In this document: positions 44,301 to 53,802 of the stretch, piece after piece | Layout of the letters: the number at the start of each line of letters is the position of its first letter | How positions within the stretch are numbered: the stretch's first letter is position 1 | Source: Obrimoposthia wandeli | Lineage: Eukaryota | Assembly (NCBI GenBank): GCA_977020255.1 | Contig: CDROCS010003917.1 | Coordinates: 1-64,000 of the forward strand | Length of the DNA stretch: 64,000 nt | Reading direction: 5' to 3' | Notes under the pieces: generated by a model | Seen by the model: only the letters and a program-made list of their open reading frames with translations | The model's database searches: none | Told to the model about the DNA's origin: nothing | Program-made: the position numbers and the translations under genes

Positions 44301-46025
44301 TTAGAGATATTGTTTGTTGTTGTAGTAACTCTCAATTTGCGCTCTTGTTAATAAACCTGCCAATGCAGCGCTGTGATCATAAACACAAAGTAGATCAGTT
44401 TCTTTGCTGTTCATTAGTTGCAGTGCTTCATGAAGCGTTGCTTTAAGATTAATAGCGGTGACTTCGAAACGTTGCGCAGGGATTCTATTTAGGTCGATTT
44501 CATCAAGAGTAGTAATAATACCTCTGTCCAAGAAACTTTGGATATTCATAACAGGGAATACGCTAGTATGTTGCTCTTTTTGAATAACCACGAGCCACAT
44601 AGCATTTTGCGAAATGATTGTCTTAGCTTGGTGTAATGAAATCCCTGATTGTGAGCATAGGAAGCTTTTACTCATTACTTTTGCAACCGAAGCTCGGTTT
44701 AAAATCTGCGCTAAAGGTTCCAGACGGTAATCTAAACCTTGTGCTTGAAGCGTGGCTAAAAAAGCTGAAGGCATGTTAAATACATAACGAGTGGTTAAGT
44801 TAGCCACGACTATCGCAATCATTCCAGGAAATATAATATTAGGATTATAAGTGAGTTCTAACAGTGCAATAAGTGCTGCTAATGGTGCATTTAACACCGC
44901 AGCCATCATTGCTCCCATTCCTAGCATGGCATATAGACCTACTGAAACGTTGCTGTCTATAAATAGGTTACCAATAATACCAAACATGGCGCCCATCACA
45001 GCGCCTATAAATAACACTGGTCCTATTAGGCCAGCTGGCATACCTAAACCCAAAATAATGGGCGTTAGCAGTATTTTAGCCAGCAAAATTCCCAGTAGTA
45101 ATTGTAAGTCTAGGCGGTCAAAAAAAACATCGGTGATAGTATCGTAACCAGTACCCATTACCTCTGGTTGTATCATCGCCACTAAACCAGTTAAAACTCC
45201 GGCTAACAAAAGTTTATAGCTTAAGTCCCAATCAATTTTAGATTTTGTGAATAACATTAATTTAATGAAAAAGGTACCAAGTAGCCCCGCCAAAACGCCT
45301 AGTAATAAAACCCAGGGTAATTCTGAATGCGATAATATGTTAAAAGCTGGGGCGTCGAAAACAGGTTCTGAAGAGAAGATCATGCGAGTAACAATAGAGC
45401 TGCACACGGCGGCAACTATAATTGGCGTAAAGCCGGCAATAGTATAATCTAAAAGAATAACTTCCATCGCAAAAATAACCCCAGCTAAGGGAGTGTTAAA
45501 AGCGGCAGATATTGCTGCTGCTGCTCCACAAGCTACTAATATGCGCTGCGAATTGTGGGGAATATGTAACCAGTGTCCAAGTAAGCTAGACAAACTAGCT
45601 CCCATATATATAGCAGGTCCTTCTCTGCCAACAGATTGGCCACTTACTAAAGCAATGACAGCAATTATAAACTGTGCGAATAAATTTTTTAATGGGATGT
45701 AACCTTGGTGATATGCTAGTCTTTCCAACAGATGTACTATCCCCACTTTGTTCTTGATTAAAGGCCAGTATCTGTACATTAATGCTAACAACAAGCCGCC
45801 AAAGCTAGGCAAGAAAAATCGTTGATATAAGCTTAAGCTTTCAAAGTTCTCTACGTGTTCTACTAGAAAAAGTGTTAAAGGTAAATCGATTGCCAATCTG
45901 AAAACAGCAATTAATATACCACAAGCAAGCCCACAAATAAGACCTAAAGCAACGAGTTGCGGCAACGCTTCATAACTAGCGAGCTGGTCGCGAAAGTTTT
46001 GCATTGAAAAATTCGTTTTATTCAT
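44301..46025 (-). CDS. ClC-family chloride channel/transporter with C-terminal CBS-like domains
   Basis: GREGP, FNTPLAGVIFAMEV, GLIGP, many TM segments, CBS-like tail. Confidence 0.88.
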   Translation of the reverse strand: MNKTNFSMQNFRDQLASYEALPQLVALGLICGLACGILIAVFRLAIDLPLTLFLVEHVENFESLSLYQRFFLPSFGGLLLALMYRYWPLIKNKVGIVHLLERLAYHQGYIPLKNLFAQFIIAVIALVSGQSVGREGPAIYMGASLSSLLGHWLHIPHNSQRILVACGAAAAISAAFNTPLAGVIFAMEVILLDYTIAGFTPIIVAAVCSSIVTRMIFSSEPVFDAPAFNILSHSELPWVLLLGVLAGLLGTFFIKLMLFTKSKIDWDLSYKLLLAGVLTGLVAMIQPEVMGTGYDTITDVFFDRLDLQLLLGILLAKILLTPIILGLGMPAGLIGPVLFIGAVMGAMFGIIGNLFIDSNVSVGLYAMLGMGAMMAAVLNAPLAALIALLELTYNPNIIFPGMIAIVVANLTTRYVFNMPSAFLATLQAQGLDYRLEPLAQILNRASVAKVMSKSFLCSQSGISLHQAKTIISQNAMWLVVIQKEQHTSVFPVMNIQSFLDRGIITTLDEIDLNRIPAQRFEVTAINLKATLHEALQLMNSKETDLLCVYDHSAALAGLLTRAQIESYYNNKQYL

Positions 46026-46213
46026 TATTGCCTAATACTGGTAATTAGTGGAGGGATGATTAGCTGCCCGTATTTTGTTTTAGTGATATAAAAGTGCTTT
46101 AGACGATGTTTCATCTGTAAGTTGATCCAGATTAAAATATTTATGAGGTATGTAAAAGAACTAATTGGTTGATTTGCTGGTTGTTTGGGAAATGGCTATC
46201 GCTAAAGAGTTTA

Positions 46214-46246
46214 ATACTTGACTAAATTCCTAGGTTAAGGGATAGT
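46214..46246 (+). promoter_or_regulatory. IscR type-1 box overlapping the erpA sigma70 promoter
   Basis: ATACTTGACTAAATTCCTAGGTTAA (46214-46238) matches 20 of 25 positions of ATASYYGACTRWWWYAGTCRRSTAT by hand count. It contains -35 TTGACT, with -10-like GATAGT 17 nt downstream. Confidence 0.7.
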
Positions 46247-46283
46247 CTCAATTCAGAAAACCTAATTGAATTGAGATAAAGTA

Positions 46284-46625
46284 GTGTCCGAATTTGAAGA
46301 TCCGCTAAAATTTAGCAACTCAGCTGTGGCTAAAGTTAAAGTCCTTATTGAAGAAGAAGAAAACGATGATTTGAAACTGCGCTTATATATCACCGGTGGA
46401 GGGTGTGCAGGTTTCTCCTATGGTTTCAGTTTTGTAGAAGAGGTAGCTGAAGACGATACTATTATTACCAAATCAGGGGTTAGTTTAGTGGTAGATGCTA
46501 TGAGTTTGCAGTATCTTACCGGCTCTGAAGTCGATTACAGAGAAGGTCTGCAAGGATCGCAGTTTTTAGTAAATAACCCAAATGCTACAACCACTTGTGG
46601 CTGTGGATCTTCTTTTTCGTTATGA
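46284..46625 (+). CDS. erpA: Fe-S cluster insertion protein ErpA
   Basis: [54 protein letters not shown]. Confidence 0.93.
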   Translation: MSEFEDPLKFSNSAVAKVKVLIEEEENDDLKLRLYITGGGCAGFSYGFSFVEEVAEDDTIITKSGVSLVVDAMSLQYLTGSEVDYREGLQGSQFLVNNPNATTTCGCGSSFSL

Positions 46626-46646
46626 GTTAAGTGCTTGAATCATGGC

Positions 46647-47810
46647 TCATGCCTGAAAAATAGCACCTAATATACGTTCTCCTTTAGCGCCAGTAGCAGT
46701 TGGTGAGTTACCGCTTAGTCCTGCTAACGTTTGTTTGGCCAGCCATGCAAACGCTGTCGCTTCTACCCAGTCTGGATCTAAGTCTAATTGAGATGTGCTA
46801 GTAACAAGTGTGGCTTGTGGTAATAGTTGTTCTAAGCGCTGCATCAAAAATTGATTGTGTACACCGCCCCCGCAGACAAAAAGTTGTGCCATGGAAAAGC
46901 CTTGCTTCTTGATTTCATTGGTTATCGTAATAGCACTTAGTTCCAGCAAAGTCGTTTGAATATCAACTGATGAAGGAGTGAAATTAAGCTTTTCCAGTGA
47001 GCTTTCTATCCAGGCTAAATTAAACTGTTCTCGTCCTGTACTTTTGGGGATAGTTTGACTGAAAAAATCTAAACTAAGTAATTGTTTAAGTAAATTTTGG
47101 TCAACGATTCCCTGTTTTGCCCAGTCACCGTTATTATCATAACTTCGTTGTTGCTGGTGCATTATCCAAGTGTCCAATAGGACATTACCTGGGCCGGTAT
47201 CAAATCCTATCAACGGTGTTTGAGATCTTTTATCAAGTAAAGTGATGTTGGCCATGCCACCGATGTTTAAAATAACTCGCGATTGTTCATTACTTCTAAA
47301 TATAGCATGATGGAAAGCGGGTACTAAGGGTGCGCCTTGCCCTGCTGCAGCAATATCGCGCTTTCTAAAATCGGCAATCGTTAAAATACCAGTCTGCTCA
47401 GCGACAGTGTTAGCATCGCCTATTTGTAGGGTAAAACTGTGTTTAGGGGTGTTGATAGGACGGTGACGAATTGTTTGGCCATGCAAGCCGATGGCCACTA
47501 TGTTATTACGGCTAAAAGACTCTTTATATTGTTCAATTAGCTGGTTGCAACATTGAGCAAATAGTAAGCCTAATGCTCTGTCCAAGTGTCCAAGCTTTTC
47601 AATCTCATCGTCACTAGTGGAGCATAGTTCTAGTATTTGCTCCTTAATGAGTTGCGGCATATCAAAGCTAGCAGCTGCTATTAGCTGTAGCGATGAATCG
47701 AAACTGACCGCTACAACGTCGATGCCATCTAAACTAGTGCCAGACATCACTCCAAGGTAGATAGAGTTTTTATTGGCTAGTTGTGAGTGTATTGCTGGCA
47801 ATTTTTTCAT
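46647..47810 (-). CDS. anmK: Anhydro-N-acetylmuramic acid kinase
   Basis: GVMSGTSLDGID, HGQTIRH, DFRKRDIAAAGQGAPL, NIGGMAN, FDTGPGN, KSTGRE, VCGGG. Confidence 0.95.
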   Translation of the reverse strand: MKKLPAIHSQLANKNSIYLGVMSGTSLDGIDVVAVSFDSSLQLIAAASFDMPQLIKEQILELCSTSDDEIEKLGHLDRALGLLFAQCCNQLIEQYKESFSRNNIVAIGLHGQTIRHRPINTPKHSFTLQIGDANTVAEQTGILTIADFRKRDIAAAGQGAPLVPAFHHAIFRSNEQSRVILNIGGMANITLLDKRSQTPLIGFDTGPGNVLLDTWIMHQQQRSYDNNGDWAKQGIVDQNLLKQLLSLDFFSQTIPKSTGREQFNLAWIESSLEKLNFTPSSVDIQTTLLELSAITITNEIKKQGFSMAQLFVCGGGVHNQFLMQRLEQLLPQATLVTSTSQLDLDPDWVEATAFAWLAKQTLAGLSGNSPTATGAKGERILGAIFQA

Positions 47811-49521
47811 CACTATTGAAGTTTAAGTTGTCCATAGCCTTTTTGGCGATAAGTTTAAAGGCGGCGAGGTCTTTGGGGTTTAAACCTATAGATTGAGGTA
47901 ATTTAACGGTTAATGGGTTTTTATGTACATTGTTAACTCTGAATTCGTAGTGCAAATGAGCACCTGTAACGGCACCTGTTGCGCCGACGTAACCAATAAC
48001 TTGACCTTGCGTGACTCTGCTGCCTGTTTTAAGTGCTTTATTAAACCCTGACATATGTGCATAAAGTGTTTCTATATTGCCGCCGTGTTGAATAATAATG
48101 GCTTTACCAAAATCACCTTTACGGCCACGAAAGATAATCTTACCATTGCCTGATGCCATAATTGGTGTGCCGCGTTTAGCTGCGTAATCAACACCTTTAT
48201 GCGCTCTGATTTTATTATATATTGGATGTTTGCGGCGTAAATTAAATTTAGAGCTAATGCGAGCAAGCTCTACAGGCATGCGCAAAAAGGCTTTACGCAT
48301 ACTGCGTCCATCGGGGCTATAGAAGCCAGCTTCGCCCTCTGAATTTTTAAAGAACACACCCACTAAACGTTGATTGCCTGTGGTGAATTCAGCGGCGAGG
48401 ATATTGCCGTTTTTTATCTTTGTGCCGTCAATAGTAAGTTCTTCATAAGCTACTTTGAAGCTGTCCCCAGGCTGCACGTCCTGGGAAAAATCAATGTCCC
48501 AGCCAAAAATATTAGTGAAGTTCATCGCGACATTGTTAGATAGGCCCGCGTTTAGTGCATCGACAAAAAAGGAGCTTTCAATATTGCCAGCAACTTGCTT
48601 TATTTCAGTGACAGGACTCTTTTCAAACACATCAACTTTGTAATTAGTTTTATCTAAACGTGTGTATAAAATGTTTTTCATTTTACTAATGATGTAGTTC
48701 ACTTTTATTAAATGCCCACTGCGGATTAAAAAAGCTATTTTCTCGCCTATCTGTAAATTCTTGAATGATTGCTCGTTATTACTAGCGTTGCCTATGTAAT
48801 ACACGTCACTGTGTGAAAGCCCCGCTTTAATGAAAATAGAAGACAGATTATCATCGGCTGCAACAGTGTAATAGACCCAATTGTCAGCTCTGTTTTGATT
48901 ATTGGTAGTTTTTGCCGAGTTTAGTACATCCACTAAAGAAGTGGGTATTCTGGCAGCAAATTTAATAGACTTATCCTCTGTGACGAGGTCCGTCTTTGTT
49001 GAGTCGCTATCTTTGCCAGTAGTAACCGTTTGTTTTTGGCTTTGTAGTTTTGCTACCTTTATTTCAACTTTAAGTTTAATTGTGTCGAGCAAGTAATTAG
49101 TAGTGTTTTGTTCTCTTCTGATACCTAAGACGTCATTGTCCTTTTTGTAATATCTGATTTTACTGAGTTTGCGGTCCTTAATTAGTACTAATAATTGCTC
49201 ATTAGGCATTAGCTTATTAAAAACGTTCTGTGTAGCAGGTGAATCACTGATATTCATCACATCTTTGTCAGTGAGTCCTATCTTTTTGAATATCCAAGTT
49301 AAATTATCCCCTTGTTGTACAGTGTATTTTTTCCAAGCAGAGATAGGAGGGGTTAAAGTGGTTCCTGTGAACTGTTTGTTAGTAGTGGTAGCGAAGCTAG
49401 CCTCAGATAGAGGGGCTATGACTAACATGCATAATAAAGATCGCCACTGATATTTTAACTTGGAATGGTTAATAACGAGTCTAGTAATAATAGTAAGTTG
49501 TAGTTGCATATAATTTAACAA
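47770..49521 (-). CDS. MepM/ShyA-like M23 peptidoglycan DD-endopeptidase with two N-terminal LysM/OapA-like modules
   Basis: Intact M23 zinc motifs HKGVDY and HLH, DIDF..DVQPGD middle domain, conserved position between tyrS and anmK. The true start may be ATG 49509. Confidence 0.85.
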   Translation of the reverse strand: MLNYMQLQLTIITRLVINHSKLKYQWRSLLCMLVIAPLSEASFATTTNKQFTGTTLTPPISAWKKYTVQQGDNLTWIFKKIGLTDKDVMNISDSPATQNVFNKLMPNEQLLVLIKDRKLSKIRYYKKDNDVLGIRREQNTTNYLLDTIKLKVEIKVAKLQSQKQTVTTGKDSDSTKTDLVTEDKSIKFAARIPTSLVDVLNSAKTTNNQNRADNWVYYTVAADDNLSSIFIKAGLSHSDVYYIGNASNNEQSFKNLQIGEKIAFLIRSGHLIKVNYIISKMKNILYTRLDKTNYKVDVFEKSPVTEIKQVAGNIESSFFVDALNAGLSNNVAMNFTNIFGWDIDFSQDVQPGDSFKVAYEELTIDGTKIKNGNILAAEFTTGNQRLVGVFFKNSEGEAGFYSPDGRSMRKAFLRMPVELARISSKFNLRRKHPIYNKIRAHKGVDYAAKRGTPIMASGNGKIIFRGRKGDFGKAIIIQHGGNIETLYAHMSGFNKALKTGSRVTQGQVIGYVGATGAVTGAHLHYEFRVNNVHKNPLTVKLPQSIGLNPKDLAAFKLIAKKAMDNLNFNSDEKIASNTLTTSQ

Positions 49522-49691
49522 AAGATAGTGCCTTTAAATACCAGTTTATAATGAGTTGTCCTGCATGAGTAAGCTCTTAAAATCCTTTTGAGACAATGAA
49601 CATAAGCGTAACTATTTATTGTTCATTGACAGTAGTGCCGCTAGAATAGCTGCATTTTAACTAAATCACAATATAGGCTGTTGAGCAATAT

Positions 49692-51029
49692 ATGAGTAAG
49701 CAAACACTGTTAGAAGAACTTAGTAGTCGCGGATTGATCGCACAGATGACTAGCGAAGAAGAATTAGCCCAGCATCTAGAAAATCAAAGTGTCACATTGT
49801 ATTGCGGATTCGATCCTACAGCAGATAGTCTACATATAGGCAGTTTAGTTCCCCTGTTAACTTTAAAACGTTTCCAGTCTTTCGGTCACAAGCCGCTGGC
49901 GTTAGTTGGCGGAGCGACAGGTTTAATAGGCGATCCTAGCTTTAAAGCGCAAGAGCGCAAGCTTAATGATGATACAACTGTTTCAAATTGGGTTGAAAAA
50001 ATTAAGCAGCAAGTAAGTCAATTTATTGATTTTAATGACAGTGAGAGCAGTGCGCAGGTCGTTAATAATTTAGATTGGACTAAAGATATGGATGTGCTTT
50101 CGTTCTTGCGAGATGTCGGTAAACATTTCTCTATCAACCAGATGATAGCCAAAGAATCGGTAAAACAGCGTATAGATCGCGAAGGTGAAGGGATTTCCTT
50201 TACTGAATTTACCTATATGATTTTACAGTCATACGATTTTCAGCAATTGAATAAAGCTTATGACTGTACTTTGCAGATTGGCGGGTCGGACCAATGGGGG
50301 AATATTACCGGCGGCACAGAGTTAACACGACGCATGAACGGTAAAAAGGCTTACGGATTGACGCTGCCGTTAATTACTAAATCTGATGGCACCAAATTTG
50401 GTAAAACTGAAAGTGGCACTATCTGGTTGTCAGCTGACAAAACTTCTCCTTACGCATTTTATCAATTTTGGATAAACGCCGCTGATGCAGATGTTTATAA
50501 CTTCTTACGTTATTTTACTTTTTTAAGTGTAGATGAAATAGCGGCAATTGAAGAGCAAGATAAATTAGCGCAAGGCAAGCCGCAAGCACAGGCGGTTTTG
50601 GCGCGAGAAGTGACAAAATTGGTGCATGGAGAAGCCGGATTAGACGCTGCTGAGCGCATTTCTAATGCGCTGTTTTCAGGTAGTTTTGATGCGTTGGGAG
50701 AAGGAGAGTTTGCTCAGTTAGCGCATGATGGGTTGCCTAGTTGTCACTTACCAACAGCGTATTCAAAAACAAGCAATGTAGATGATATGTTGATGAGTAT
50801 AAAAGATGTTCCTTTGACTTCGTTATTAGTTGATATTGGAGTTGGCTTTACTTCTGGGAAACAAATCAAAGAGGCTTTGTCGCGAAATGCTTTAACTGTA
50901 AATGGTAAGGCGTATGGGTTAGAGCATAATATGAAAGCCTGTGAAGTATTTAATCCAGAGCATGCAAAATTTTCGGCGTACTTTCTTGTCAAAGTAGGAA
51001 AGAAAAAAAGCTGTATAATAACTATCTAA
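49692..51029 (+). CDS. tyrS: Tyrosine--tRNA ligase
   Basis: YCGFDPTADSLHIGS, QIGGSDQWGNI, KFGKT, C-terminal S4-like domain. Confidence 0.97.
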   Translation: MSKQTLLEELSSRGLIAQMTSEEELAQHLENQSVTLYCGFDPTADSLHIGSLVPLLTLKRFQSFGHKPLALVGGATGLIGDPSFKAQERKLNDDTTVSNWVEKIKQQVSQFIDFNDSESSAQVVNNLDWTKDMDVLSFLRDVGKHFSINQMIAKESVKQRIDREGEGISFTEFTYMILQSYDFQQLNKAYDCTLQIGGSDQWGNITGGTELTRRMNGKKAYGLTLPLITKSDGTKFGKTESGTIWLSADKTSPYAFYQFWINAADADVYNFLRYFTFLSVDEIAAIEEQDKLAQGKPQAQAVLAREVTKLVHGEAGLDAAERISNALFSGSFDALGEGEFAQLAHDGLPSCHLPTAYSKTSNVDDMLMSIKDVPLTSLLVDIGVGFTSGKQIKEALSRNALTVNGKAYGLEHNMKACEVFNPEHAKFSAYFLVKVGKKKSCIITI

Positions 51030-51043
51030 TGCAACTTAGTTGT

Positions 51044-51071
51044 ACCAACCTTGACCTGCATCAAGGTTGGT
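51044..51071. other. Perfect 11-bp hairpin after tyrS
   Basis: ACCAACCTTGA-CCTGCA-TCAAGGTTGGT, with no U-tract on the + strand. Confidence 0.6.
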
Positions 51072-51270
51072 CCTCCCGATGTTCCTCTCATATGTGCTCT
51101 TCACGCGAATATTTAATAACTGAAAGCAACCCTTGAAATGTTATTAATGCAAACTGCAAATTGTTTAAAACAATGACAATATCAATATAGCAGCCATTTC
51201 CTAATTATAAATTAACGCTATTAGCTAAAAAAGCACAGAACACTAGTGGTGTTTATGGCTAACAGTGGCG

Positions 51271-51276
51271 TATAAT
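51271..51276 (+). promoter_or_regulatory. Consensus -10 hexamer upstream of ndk
   Basis: TATAAT about 64 nt upstream of the ndk ATG. I did not identify a -35. Confidence 0.45.
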
Positions 51277-51339
51277 GCAGAGTTTTTTACGCCTAGCAGA
51301 TGCTTGGCAAACTTTAATTTAAATAATGGGAAATAAATC

Positions 51340-51747
51340 ATGGCAATTGAGCGCACGCTTTCAATTATCAAACCAGATGCTGTAGCTAAAAATGTTATCG
51401 GCCAAATCATAACACGCTTTGAAGGCGCGAATCTTAAAGTTGTTGAATTACAACTAAAAAGCTTGAGCAAAGCAGAAGCTGAAGGTTTTTATGCTGAGCA
51501 CAGTGAGCGTCCTTTCTTCGCAGATCTAGTATCATTCATGACTTCAGGTCCTGTTGTAGTACAAGTTTTAGAAGGCGAAAACGCAGTATTAACTAACCGT
51601 GACTTAATGGGTGCTACTAACCCTAAAGAAGCTGATGCTGGCACTATTCGCAGCGATTTCGCTGAGTCTATCGACGCTAACGCTGTACACGGTTCGGATT
51701 CTGTTGAATCTGCTACACGTGAAATTGCTTACTTTTTCGCTAAGTAA
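51340..51747 (+). CDS. ndk: Nucleoside diphosphate kinase (short C-terminus)
   Basis: [39 protein letters not shown]. Confidence 0.97.
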   Translation: MAIERTLSIIKPDAVAKNVIGQIITRFEGANLKVVELQLKSLSKAEAEGFYAEHSERPFFADLVSFMTSGPVVVQVLEGENAVLTNRDLMGATNPKEADAGTIRSDFAESIDANAVHGSDSVESATREIAYFFAK

Positions 51748-51877
51748 GTAACATGAGGTCTTTGCGTATAACTGCGTAAAGATCTCGTATTGATACTAAT
51801 TTCAATACGTATATAACAGTACTAATGCGCCTAAATAAACGCTAAGTACTGGCTTAATTAAAGAGAATAAAATCCCC

Positions 51878-52987
51878 ATGACACAAGCATCAAAAACTAA
51901 CCTACTCGGTATGTCTCCTAAGCAACTGGCCGAATACTTCCAAGCAATAGGGGAAAAGCCATTTAGAGCGACGCAAGTACTGAAGTGGATGCACCAGCAC
52001 GGTGCTGAAAGTTTTGATGAAATGACTAATATTAGTAAATCACTACGTGAAAACCTTAAAGAGCAAGCGGAAATCCGTGAGCCAGAAGTGGTAAGCCAAG
52101 ATATATCTAAAGACGGTACACGTAAATGGGTTATTAGAGTAGACGGTGGATCCTGCGTAGAGACAGTGCTAATACCAGAGGGAGACAGAGGTACACTATG
52201 TGTATCTTCGCAAGTAGGTTGTTCATTGAACTGCAGTTTTTGTTCAACAGGAAAACAAGGGTTTAATCGCAATTTAAGTGCTGCAGAAATTATTGGGCAA
52301 GTGAGAATTGCGATTAAATCATTTGGTCCTATGGACCCTGCTAATAAGCGGATGGTTACTAACGTAGTAATGATGGGAATGGGCGAGCCGCTGATGAATT
52401 TTGAGCGGGTTGTTGCCGCTATGACTTTGATGATGGAAGATAACGCTTATGGCCTTTCTAAAAGAAGAGTCACTTTAAGTACAGCAGGAGTAGTACCTGC
52501 CATCGATAAGTTAGGTGACGTGATCGATGTATCTTTGGCCGTTTCATTACATGCGCCCAATGATGAGTTACGGGATGAATTGGTCCCTATTAATAAAAAA
52601 TATCCAATTAAAGAACTAATTGCCGCTTGTAACCGCTATTTAGAAAAATTAGACGATAAGCGCGTTATCACTATTGAATATACTATGATGGCTGGCATCA
52701 ACGACTTTCCTGAACATGCTGTGCAACTGGCGAAACTGTTAAAGAAAGTGCCTTGCAAGCTCAATATAATACCTTTTAATCCCTTTCCTAATTCTGGTTA
52801 TGAAAGACCTAAAGCGGCGGCCATTGAGATTTTTAAAAACGCGATGCACAAAGCTGGTATACGTACCACTGTTAGACGTACCAGAGGGGAAGAAATTGAT
52901 GCGGCTTGTGGTCAATTAGTCGGTATGGTTGACGATAGAACGAGAAGAACAAGTAAGTTAATTCCCATCGTGCAGCAGGCCAGTTAA
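51878..52987 (+). CDS. rlmN: 23S rRNA/tRNA m2A methyltransferase (radical SAM)
   Basis: [39 protein letters not shown]. Confidence 0.97.
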   Translation: MTQASKTNLLGMSPKQLAEYFQAIGEKPFRATQVLKWMHQHGAESFDEMTNISKSLRENLKEQAEIREPEVVSQDISKDGTRKWVIRVDGGSCVETVLIPEGDRGTLCVSSQVGCSLNCSFCSTGKQGFNRNLSAAEIIGQVRIAIKSFGPMDPANKRMVTNVVMMGMGEPLMNFERVVAAMTLMMEDNAYGLSKRRVTLSTAGVVPAIDKLGDVIDVSLAVSLHAPNDELRDELVPINKKYPIKELIAACNRYLEKLDDKRVITIEYTMMAGINDFPEHAVQLAKLLKKVPCKLNIIPFNPFPNSGYERPKAAAIEIFKNAMHKAGIRTTVRRTRGEEIDAACGQLVGMVDDRTRRTSKLIPIVQQAS

Positions 52988-53034
52988 TCTAAACGGGTTT
53001 TATTTTAGATCGATAATAAGGAGTTACTAAAGAA

Positions 53035-53802
53035 GTGCGCAAGTTATTTTATGTATTCAAATTTTTGATGATGTCAGTCTTGCTCACGGCTTGTGCTATC
53101 GGTGCTCCTGATCCAAACGAAGTAGATAAAAGTGAAAAAGCTAAAAAATCTACTGAAGTCGCCATCGAATATTTTAAGTCTGGCGATAATGTCAGCGCGC
53201 GAAATTGGTTACAAAAAGCGATTGAATATGACAGCACATACGCTAGGGCCTATTCAGTATTAGGGACAGTATTCCAATCTGAAAAAGAATGGGAACTAGC
53301 AGAGAAATATTTTAGAAAGTCGATACTAGTAGAGCCGGGCTCTGCCATGTTTCATAATAATTATGGAGCTTTCCTCTACCAAAGAAAAAAGTATGCTCAA
53401 GCTTGCAAAGAGTTGGAAATAGCAACAAAAGATCCTTTTTACAATTTAAGAGCTAATGCCCTAAATAATTTAGGACGCTGTTTCGAAGCTTTAAATCAGC
53501 AGACAAAAGCGACAGAAGCTTTCCAGCGTTCAGTCAATTTAGGTGGTAGAGATCCCGCGGCATTATTAAATTTAGCTAAGAAAATGTTGAATTCAGGTGA
53601 AACCTTTAAATCTAATACAAAATACCAAGAGTTTTTGCAGCTAGTATCAGAGAACAAAGCGCAACATAGCGCCGAAAGTTTGATACTAGGGGTAAAATTA
53701 GCACGTAAAAGTGGTAATCTATCCGAAGTTGTAACTTATTCATTATTATTAGAAAATTTATTTCCAAATCATTATAAAAAATATAAGGAGTCCGCTCAGT
53801 GA
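53035..53802 (+). CDS. pilW: Type IV pilus biogenesis/stability TPR lipoprotein PilW (PilF)
   Basis: Lipobox LTAC, TPR repeats, HNNYGAFL, DPFY. Located between rlmN and rodZ. Confidence 0.85.
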   Translation: MRKLFYVFKFLMMSVLLTACAIGAPDPNEVDKSEKAKKSTEVAIEYFKSGDNVSARNWLQKAIEYDSTYARAYSVLGTVFQSEKEWELAEKYFRKSILVEPGSAMFHNNYGAFLYQRKKYAQACKELEIATKDPFYNLRANALNNLGRCFEALNQQTKATEAFQRSVNLGGRDPAALLNLAKKMLNSGETFKSNTKYQEFLQLVSENKAQHSAESLILGVKLARKSGNLSEVVTYSLLLENLFPNHYKKYKESAQ

